A stretch of 62,084 nt of DNA, from positions 1 to 62,084 of the IMG/VR virus record IMGVR_UViG_3300042504_002530; one strand, written 5' to 3'. The notes below the pieces were generated by a model. The model saw only the letters and a list, made by a program, of their open reading frames with translations, had not been told where the DNA came from and made no database searches. Of the stretch, positions 26,582 through 36,900 are shown piece after piece (positions within the stretch are counted from its first letter, which is position 1; every line of letters starts with the position of its first letter). Source of the stretch: a virus (Duplodnaviria; Caudoviricetes). Made by a program: the position numbers and the translations under genes.

Positions 26582-26887
26582 ATGATAAACACATTTGAAC
26601 AACTACAAGACAAAATCGCCCTATGGGCCGAGGAAAAAGCGATAAGCGATTCGCATAATTTCCCCAAGCAATTCATGAAGGTCGTCGAAGAGCTCGGAGA
26701 GCTTTCTTCGGCTATCTTGAAAGGCAAACGCCGCGAAGAGTACGACGCATTCGGCGATGTGCTCGTCACCATTATCATCCTCGCCGAACAGAGAGGAGTA
26801 AACCTCGTTGAAGCACTACACCTTGCGTATGAAGAAATCAAAGAAAGAACCGGTAAAACAATCGATGGAACCTTCGTCAAAGAATAG
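26582..26887 (+). CDS. MazG-like nucleotide pyrophosphohydrolase
   Basis: KVVEELGEL...DAFGDVLVT...AYEEIKERTG...GTFVK. Confidence 0.88.
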   Translation: MINTFEQLQDKIALWAEEKAISDSHNFPKQFMKVVEELGELSSAILKGKRREEYDAFGDVLVTIIILAEQRGVNLVEALHLAYEEIKERTGKTIDGTFVKE

Positions 26888-26888
26888 C

Positions 26889-27041
26889 ATGACCGCCCTA
26901 GAGTGGTTCATAGAAACCACTGAGCTACGGCGTTTGGAAGCCATGGAGCTCCAGAAAGGTCACACCTTTTTATCCGAAACGATTGAGAAAGCCCTTCAGA
27001 TGGAGCAAGAGCAGCTGAAGGGGTGTCCGAACACCCCCTAG
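26889..27041 (+). CDS. Small hypothetical protein (MTALEWF...ALQMEQEQ)
   Basis: Last + arm gene; ends in a palindrome copy at the convergence point. Confidence 0.6.
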   Translation: MTALEWFIETTELRRLEAMELQKGHTFLSETIEKALQMEQEQLKGCPNTP

Positions 27042-27931
27042 TAAAATCGGGTGCAACGAGTGACTTCGGCGTAGATGTACCGGACAAAGTCGCTCCGCGC
27101 GTCGCGCTCAATGCTCAGCTTCAGCCAATAGCCTCCTAGAGGCTTCGGGCCTCTTCCGCGTTCAACGTGAAAGCCCATTTTGCCATCGTCCCACTCTTCC
27201 TTGTACGTCGCCGTGCGTATTTGTTGCACAGGCTTTTGCTTAATCTTTTTAAAGCGAGGTTGATACCTGTTTACAATGTTGGTGTGTTCGTATAACTCAT
27301 GGACGTGGCCCATCCATGTCATGTCATAGTTTTCGATGGAGGCAAGCAGGCGTTGGTCTTGGATGACGCCTTTCGTTACCGGGCCGCCACCGCCTGAGCC
27401 GTGGAAATAGTGAATGATGTAGGACAAGTTGTTCCGGTGCGGCTCGTCCTCCTTGAGTGGCATCCACGCTAGGTTCACATGAAATACGCCTCCATATCCC
27501 CCTAATTGCACGTTGCTCTTGCAAGCGTAGTTGAGGGTCGCCACAAAACGCTCGAGGATGTCCGTCTCTTTGTGCTTGATGACGCCGGTTTCGTGGTTGC
27601 CGTAGCCTACTAGAACGATGTTCTGAGCGTATGGCTTAAACCAATCAACCGCCGTGTCAACAATAGAGTCAAGGTAGCGTCCGTTATTGTGCTCTGGGCG
27701 AATGTCGTCTTTGCTGGCCCGGAAATCGCCTTTGCCTTGCATGGCGCAGAACAAGTCCCCATTGATGATAATGTAAGCCCCCCTCTTGACGGCTTCGTCC
27801 AAGTGGTTTTTCAGGAGTTGCCGGTCGCAATGGGGGTTGTCCCAATGGAGGTCAGAAATCAACAGAAATTCAACTTCTCCATACGCCTCAAAAACGTGGA
27901 TGTTTGAACTTATTCTCGTAATGTTTGTCAT
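27038..27931 (-). CDS. Calcineurin-like metallophosphoesterase
   Basis: SDLH, NGD, GNHE, HG, GHVH motifs. Confidence 0.9.
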   Translation of the reverse strand: MTNITRISSNIHVFEAYGEVEFLLISDLHWDNPHCDRQLLKNHLDEAVKRGAYIIINGDLFCAMQGKGDFRASKDDIRPEHNNGRYLDSIVDTAVDWFKPYAQNIVLVGYGNHETGVIKHKETDILERFVATLNYACKSNVQLGGYGGVFHVNLAWMPLKEDEPHRNNLSYIIHYFHGSGGGGPVTKGVIQDQRLLASIENYDMTWMGHVHELYEHTNIVNRYQPRFKKIKQKPVQQIRTATYKEEWDDGKMGFHVERGRGPKPLGGYWLKLSIERDARSDFVRYIYAEVTRCTRFY

Positions 27932-30900
27932 TCTTCGAATTTAAAGTCTTCTTCAAAGGTAAAGTCCTCAGCCTTTTTTTGCTTTTTTGGGGCGCCCTTT
28001 ATGGTGTATTCGCTGTAATTGAAAAGCCTCAACATAGCCTCACCAAAATCGTCAACATCGCCAGTTGCTACCTTATACCAGTTCTGTGACAACTTAAAGA
28101 GCGTAGCCGCAGGTATGCCGGACAATTCGCTAAGAAGAAGGGAGAACTGAACGATGTGCTTGTTCCTTGTTTCATCGGTCTTGGCATCAAAAATAGCCTT
28201 TCCTTCTTTGGCTAAGTCGGCGATAACGCTAAAAGCTGATATACTCGTTGTATCATCCGCCCAAGGTTTGCCAAGGGCGATGTCTCGAATTTTTTGGAAA
28301 ATATCACCAATAACGAATATTGCGTTCAAGTTACCAAGAACTCCGGCCCATATCAACTCCTCGTCATCGTCATCGTCAAAGTCCGTGAGTATCCCGGGTA
28401 AGCCAAGCATAAGATATTGGAACAGGACCGGAGCGACCAAGTGAACGGTCACAAAGAGTCTTATGTTTTGCCCTAGCGTTCCCTTCGCGCCGCTAAGCCC
28501 CATCAGCTGCTTGTAGATGTTCCGAATGGCGTACATTTCCAAGCGGAAGTATTGCTTTGGCTGAGATTGGAACACCCCAAACATTCTCCATGCCGTAGAG
28601 CCCGTCTGGAAAAAGTCTTTATCTTCAACGTCATTACTTTGAGCAACGGACTTAACCTGAGCCTCAATTTTCTTGAGCGCGTATTTGATGGCGTCCTGTT
28701 CGGAAACCTTTTTCTTGGCTGCTTTTTGCTTATTGATATACTGCTCTTTGTAGAACAAGTAATTTGGAACGCTACCCATAACACCGGCCTTGTCACCTTG
28801 CTTGATGAAGTACATCATGACATTCGCGTAGTTATCAATGGATAGCCCTTTGTCCCCTCCAAGAACAACGTCTCTCTTGGAGTCCGAAAAGGTGGACATT
28901 ATCTCCATAATATTTGAAGTTGAAAACCTCGCTTTCAAATACTCTGAGTTCTCCATCATTTCGGCCCAAGTTTTGTAAGCCGTAGACTCTTTGCCCTTTC
29001 TTAAATCAGAGAATACTCTAGTGGCGTATTTAGCATAAGAGCCATATCCAATGAATGGAATAAACCCTACAAAACTGCTTGCCTGAGCGAGCATGATTTT
29101 TGGGTTAAGGCCAAGTTTCGCGTAAACGAAAGTCTTAAACCCGGCGTCAAGAATGTCATTCTCTTTTCCTTTCCCGAAGCCATCCGTGATAAGCCTATCG
29201 GTCATCATGTTCAATAGGCTGTAAATGTCCTTGCCGACACGGGTTTCAATCGCCTTACGAATCGTGATGTTGTTCAGCATCTTCTTGATGTCGCGAATTG
29301 ACTCAGCGTAAGACGCAAAGAAATTCATGTCGCGTACATAAGACGTGAGCACTTTGTCGCCGTCCATTGTCTTGACGGCTTTGTTGTTTCTGACGCGCTC
29401 TTTCGTTGATGCTCCCCCGACCGCTGTGATAAATTCGCTGGGCTTCTCAAGTAGACTTGGCGCCTCCTGCCCATCGGCGGATTCCCGGTACAACCGGCCG
29501 GCATAAAACTGATTCCAAGGCAAGTCGGTGCGATAAACACGGCGATAAACCTCGTTGTAAATCGGGTACATATTTGGGTAAAACTCTTCAACCTGCCAAT
29601 CGGCCCACTCTTTCACCTTCGGGTCAAGCTTCGATGTTATTTCAGCCATTATCTCCTTGTACTGGGGACCGAACTTTGTTTCAAACCCGGGGTGATTGGC
29701 GGCGTCTTTGTACTGATTATACAGATAGTACATTTCGTTCTGGCTGATAGGCGCTTCATTCTGAAGCAAGAACGCCTGCATAGCGACCTTATCGCCGGTC
29801 TTCAAGACCTTTTGATACCCCTTGGGGTCCATTATGTAGGTGAACTTCTTCTTGCCGTTTTGAATCATTATCTTCTTCCAGCCCTTGCCGAAGATTTGCT
29901 CGGCGTTGGTTTGGAGATACGCCATTGCTTCGTTGTTCAACTTGTTTAAGTTTGCGCGAGATTCACGCACTCGGTCAACGATAAGTTTTTTACTGACACC
30001 ACCGAAAAACTCGCCCGTCATGTTTGATATTCTATCGACAAGACCGGCAAGGTCTTCTGTCCGCCTTAGCATAGCGCCAATGGTATCATCTACAAATGAG
30101 CGAAGAGCCTTCCCGAAGGAACGCTGTTTTTCCTTTTGGACCGACTCACCCATAAGTGCTCTCTCTACCTTATCAACGGCTTTCTTGTCGCTGAAATTGA
30201 CATTGTAATCGCCGCCGGTGATGTCCTTGAGGAGCTGCCTCTTGAGCTTGTTGTAGTACTCTGATTGCGCCTTCAGTTCGTCCTTGAACGCTGCCCGCCC
30301 GGTCTTGAGAAAGTCCTTCATGTAGGAATACAATTCATCAAGAGCAATGAGTTTGTTTTCCTCAATGTCATCCATGAGCATCGTGGCCGCAAACTTCAGC
30401 GCGAACTCAACATCGGCAAGGTCTTCGGCGTACTCGTCCTTCCCTTCGTCAATAACCAACTCGGTAAGCCGGGTGTACTCGGAGTTCAATGCGACAATGG
30501 CTTTTTGAATTTCTTCTACGGATGCTTTTTCATCCGGCAACATCCCTTTAATCTTAGCGATTCGCTCCTGCATGGCCGTGCTGAATTTGCCCTTTACCCT
30601 ACCGCCTTCCTTCTTGGTGGTTTCAGCGGCAAGCTGCTTGAGCAACTTGGCCCTCGTAGCGCGCACTCTGACGCCAATCACAAAGTCAGCGACCTCTCGG
30701 CGAATCTCGGCGATGTTCTCGCGATTTGCTGAGGATACCTTCTTCAGCAAAGCCATCACCTCAGCCTTGGCGTACATCGTCCTAGGCAGACTTGACTTGA
30801 TGAGTATGGTTAACTGCCTCCTGATTTCGTTCAGCTCACGGGCGCCCTTGTTGATGTTACGCATGGCCTCACGAATGCGCTTCATCTGCGCTTGAATAGC

Positions 30901-33900
30901 CGTGTTCGCCGTGGTGTTCAGCGTTGCGTCAAGGTCAGCCATAAGGCTCATTTGCAGGTAATCCGACGACGACAAGAACAAAGGATGCTTGGACAGCTCT
31001 TGCATTGCGAACTCCCGGATTTTTGCGCTCGATGGTTTCTCTCCGTTGACTTCCTTTTTCGCAAAGCGCCGTATCTTCTGCTGAACATTGGTGTACATGC
31101 TGTACCCGGCGAAAGCGCCGCCCTCGACCATTGTAAATGCGCGTGGCAATTTCTCCTTATCACCGACGTTAATCGCCATTGCCTCATTGATGTCCGAGGA
31201 TGAATAGCCCTCCTGCTGCATTCTCCGCTTAATCTCCCCGTCTGTCAAGCCCTCGTTTCTTGCGTCGTTTATTGCGCCATACAAAGTTTGGTCGTTCTCT
31301 GGAACTCGAGAAAAACGAACGTCCGTGTCTTCGTTTGGTTGAAAGCCGGCAAACCTAATGGTCGTTTCAAGCAATGCCATTGGAAACTCACGATTTGCTT
31401 GAGCGACGGCTTCAACAAATCCGGCTGTTTGCAAAAGTCTTTTCTTCTGATTTTTTTCTAAATCCTTTTCAGATATTGGGTTGTTGTCGAGATATTTTGA
31501 AAGGCTTTTTGGCTCGCTTGGAAATACCGCTTTTTTCCCTTGAGAGTATTGGTAGTTAATAAAAGCATCTGGATTGACATTTTTAAAAGGAATATCTGTA
31601 AGAAATGTTTGGCCTTTTTTAACGGATGGATAAATCATTCCACCTTTCATTGGAACATAAACGCTTTGACCATCTTCATTCATTATTACACCCGAAAACG
31701 TCTTATTCTTTTGGTCCACATAAGTTATTTTGATTAAAGCATCATCGTATTTGCTAAGTCCTCCATCTAATTCAACGAAGCTTCCCTGCTTAATCCCAAA
31801 TAACACATTTGGTTTTATTTCGGGTATGTTTGAGTCTTGTATACCATAGTTTTCGTTGATATAATCAATAATTTTTTTGGTTTGTTCGTTGATATATTTT
31901 GACGCCGATTCATCATACTCGATTCTAAACCTGCCCTTTTTTAATTTAATACCTAACTCATTGTAGAGCACCATTTCTTTTTGCCTCTCTATTGATTCGC
32001 TTAGATTGCTTTCCACCATGGCATCTAGCACGCTATTCGTTACCGATGGATATGAAGAGAATCCGGGATATGTCAACAAAGAAACGCCTACCCTGCTGCC
32101 GGTCTTTTGTGGAGAAAAAACTTTTGATAGCGACACTTTTCCGGCAGTAGTCCCAGCAGTCCCGGTATACGCATCGCCTTTTGATGCGAAAATTATATCC
32201 TCGGGATTCGGATATAAGGCAATTCTTACCCCGCTTGCATAAAAACTAGACCAGTTTTTTCCTTCTGAATTTATAGGGAGGCTAGCAAGTTTTGTTAAAC
32301 AGGACAGAGAATACTCTCCACCATTTTGCTCTTGCAAGTCTAAAAATCTCCCAATATTTTGTATAACGGCTGAAAAATCAATATTCTTTGACATACCCGT
32401 CATCATGTAATGATAGAATCCGTAGCCTCTATCGTAAGCCTCTTGTGGGTCGTACTTGATGCCGTATTCTTTTTTCCAACTCTCAAGATATTGTTTTGAG
32501 TTTGAATACTCTTCTTCTGCTTGATAGTAATCTCTTAAATTTTTAGCAAGATTGATTATGCTCCATCTAGGGTCCGCATTAGCGTCTTGATTGAAGGGGT
32601 TGGAGAAATTCTTGTCATATCTTCTTCCGTTAAAGCCTAGCAATATTTCACCCGTTTCAACATCCGTAGCCTCCCAGTAAGGTTTTTCTGCGTTCTCAAT
32701 GAGATTAAAATCAATAGTCCTTCCGGATACCGAATCGTAATACCTAAAGTTCTTTACGTTTTTCAGCTCTTCCTTTATTAATTCATCAATATCACCAATC
32801 CGGTGTATATTCGTTTCAGTAATTCGTCTAAAGATTAACTTCTTTATCTTACTCCCAAGCGTCGGGTTAGACGGGAACTCTAAAGTTGCAGCCGCTCCGG
32901 CTCTTGCCATGTCTTGCTTAACTTCTTCAATGGAAGCGTATGTTTCTCCCGACGGAGTTCTATAACCAATTTCTGTTCCGGGCAATGCAATAAGGTTTTC
33001 TCCATACCCCATTATATCTGCTAAGTCTTGAATCGTAGTTGTTGGCTTCAATTCTCCAATCTTTATCACTTCCTTTCCAAGCAGTTCCCTTACATATTCA
33101 CTGACAAAATTCCAAAGTTTCTCAAGCAACATTCCAAGACTTGACTTCTTGTCAAAACTTTCGCTTGCAAGTTGTCCAAGTAATGTTACCAACGCCTCCT
33201 CAATTCTTTGGTCTTCAGTTAGTTCTGGATATAGTTGTGACACCATGTTGTATGCAGCAATGCCTTCGGGGCTATTTTGCATTTCCTTTACAAGGTTGTC
33301 ATATAGCTCCCTTGAACTTTCGCTTCCGCTCTTCAACGCATAAATAATAGGGTGCGCAAGAATTTCGTGAAAAGGCGTATCTTTTGATACAAAGCTCAAA
33401 TTTATTGTTACGCTATGCGTTGTTGGGTTATATTTACCCCTGTAATTCTCTAATGGCTCTGATACAAAATCGACATAATTAAGCCCTATTCTCCAAGCCA
33501 ATTTACCAACCAATGTGCGAACGGCTAGCTCATCGTTTCTATCGATGACCTTTGGTCTTTCAGAACCATCAACCTTCTGCCTCATCGCAAACATCTTCTG
33601 GCGAATCTTCTCGGCTCTTTGCTCAATCGACAGCTTCTCGTCGTTGAATGCAGGGATACCCGACTTAACCTTCTCAACGATTTGAGGAGTAATGTCTACT
33701 GAGCGTTGCTTGGATGTGGATGAATCAGCTCGACGTTCCGATTCTTTGCGTTCTTCATAGATTTGTTTAATTGCGCCAATAGTGTGTGCTCTTTTTGAAT
33801 CAAGAATGTGAATATCATTCACGGCATCGTGCATAGCTTCAATGTCAGTTCCGGCCTTAAAGTATTTCTTAAAAGCCCCCTCTATACCATCAAAGTATTT

Positions 33901-36900
33901 ATCATGAGCAATACTCATTTCTTTACCGGTCAAGATTTCTTTTGCTTCTGATAAATATTTAGCTTTAAGATATGGAGCAACGCCTTGTACGGCTTCATCA
34001 ATCTCTTTTTCAATACGCTCAATTTCTTCTTCCAAATTAACATTTGCATTCGCAGCAGTCACTTTTGCCTCAAAAGGAGCTAAAGTTAGTTCTGTCGTTT
34101 TTGCCTCTAGTTTTTTCCCGGTTATTTCTTCAATAAGGGCTTGCATCACCTCTTCAACTGTTCCGGTTTTTCCTTCATCTATTGAGCCATAAAAAGCAAC
34201 CATAGCTTTACCACGAACACTTGATTCTAAGTCTAAACCACGCAACAGTATACGTCCGTCGCTTTGTTTTTCGCCGTCTCCATTTATGATTTTTTTTGAA
34301 ATTTCATCTCCAACGGCTGCTTGTAATTGATTCTCTTGAAAAGGATAGTCCTCAATAATGGGATTTCCACTCTCATCGGCTGCATATATTTTATACCCAG
34401 AGTCGGTTTTTGTATATAATATAAAACTTATTTTGTCGGATAGATTATATCTAGCATTCTGTTGTTCCCCTGTTGTCCATGCTACTTTTGTTACATTTTT
34501 TTTAACAGCTTCTTGTAAGGCGACTTTTAAAGCCAACTTCACCCATGCGCTGGTGTTGTCAACGTATGGGGCGGAAACTACATTTGGCGTATAGTTTGGG
34601 GTTTCCTTTTGTTTTTGTCGTTCCTTTCTTATATGTTGCGCTAAATCGCTTTGCACTTCCTCAATAAACAATACTTTATTGCCGTCCTTGTCTTTCCTGA
34701 TAACATATCTTAAATGAGCGATAGTTTTGTCAGTATAATGACTATTAAAATCAAATGAATATGGAAAATTGGCGTCATCCCATTCAATGATTATCTCTTG
34801 ATATTCACCGCTCTGCTCTTCTGTTAAGCCTCCAAACTCTTTGTCTTTGTCTTTTTGTACGCTAATCTTGACGCGATTTTTCTTAATGTAATCAAGCAGC
34901 TCTTTCTTTTCAACCTGCTCGTCAGGACGCTTGGCTTGAAGGAACGCTCTTGCACCGGTGAACTCTCCTTCATCGCCACCAAAAATTCCACTCTGCAACC
35001 ACTTGGTTGCACTTTGCTTTTCAATCGTTGATGTAAGTAGTCGCCGTTCAATAGTTGAATAAAAACCTTTGACAACTTTTAAACCACTAGGCAAGTCTGT
35101 GCTTCTCGCTTGACGCACAATCTCTTTCTCTTTTTCTGTGAGCTGACCCGTCATGTAAGCCACGAAGTCCGAGCGCTTAAAGTCGGTGACTTTTGAGCCA
35201 ATATAATCTGCCGCTTTCTCAACAGCAGCGGATACATTTTCTCCGGCCTCGATTGCAAGAATCGCTGAGTCAATAGCGAAATTCCACACGCTTTTACCCA
35301 TACCAGCCCCAAAGCTGTTCATCGTTCCGATGTCGGTCCTCATGCTCTTGAGCGAGTCCTTGATGGCCTTAATCTTGTCGGTCTTAATCTTCGGCAACGG
35401 GAGGGGTGTTCGGACACCCATTGTGCTTGGACCGCCAAGCAGCAACGCCATACCTCTTGAGTATGCGTCGTCAATCTTGGCTTGGTCTTCCAATAAATAA
35501 ACATCGCCGCTCTTCGTGTCCTTCGCGTACACAGGCTTGCCATCCTTCATGGCAGTCGTAGCCGCTTCAAGTTGCGACTTCGGGCGCACGGCTATATTGG
35601 CGATGTCTTTGTTCTCCACCTTGTCCGCCGGCACAGTAACCTCATGCCGGCCGGTTTCTTCATTGAAGACCGCTTCCGGCCTGAACTCCGCCGGAATCTC
35701 ATTGATGTCTTCAGCGGCAAGCATAACCTTGCCGTCCTCGTAATCTTCTTTGTCAAAGATTGACTCCATCCGGGTGACGTACTTATCCAATAGCTCTTCA
35801 TCCCCTTCAATGGAGATATTCAAGTCCTTGATTTCCTCGTCTGACGCTTTTGTTGGGTCTAAAAGAGCCGTTACATCTTCACGCAACGATGCCTTCCCGT
35901 CAATGTAGTACTTTGGTGTAAGACCAATGATTGGCGCCAAGTCCACGCGCTGCTCGGGAATCTTTTTGTTCTGAAGGATGTAGTTCATTTCATCCTGAAC
36001 GACCTGCTGCATGGGTTGATTAATCGTTGGCGTTCTGTCCAACTGCCTCTTTGCCGCAATCAAGTCTGCTAAGCGGGACTCGGCACGACTGCTAGTGCCA
36101 AGCGCAAGCTGCGACAACCGTTGGGCGTTTGTTGGAGCCGTTGTCGACATCATCTGCCGGGCCTCTCTGACCACAGACACATTCTCGAGAATCTGCTGCT
36201 CGGTCACGCCGGTAATCTGACCGGTCGTCCGCATGTTGTTCGTCCATTGAGTGACCTTGCCAAGGTCTTCGTCCATGTCGTTGAGAAACGAACGGCTATT
36301 GGCCATTTTCTCAGCGAGGTTTGTATAGTAATCCTTTCGGGTCTGTTGGTACACCACGTCGGCAAGGGTGAGCGGGTTGCTTGACATACCGCCGGCCCCG
36401 AGCGCTTCACCAAGTATCTCAATAGAATTTAACTCTTGGCCTGACACGAACTGAGCCGCCGCTTCACCAAAAGCCTCCGATACCGGTTCAATAGCCAAAG
36501 CCTGACCGGCAGCCTGAGTCGTCCTGCGAGCCGTTGACGCAAGCGAAGACGGCGCTATTTTGCTGAGCATCCCGGCCGTAATGGCGTCAACAGCAGCAAT
36601 GGTCAATCCGCGCTTTACGCCGATGTTTCTAGCCTCTTCCCATATCTCAGGGTCGTTAAGCCATTCGCCCTCTTGGGCTTTCTCGAGCGTGTTGTATTTT
36701 TCGCGGATGGCCTCAAGAACAGACGCCGTGTACTCTAGCGAAAAACCGCTAGCGGCATTGGCGATTTTCATACCAGCGGAGAAACCGGACCTAGCGCCCG
36801 GAATAGTACCAACACCCGTAAAACTACCAACAACCGCGCCGGTAGCTGTTGACACAGGTATAATTATTGAACCCTGCTTCCATAAAATCGGGAACATCCG

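Noticed and set aside
6546-27037. Palindrome copies as a CRISPR array
   Set aside because: Spacing is hundreds to thousands of bp with genes between; repeat is only 18 bp; no cas genes
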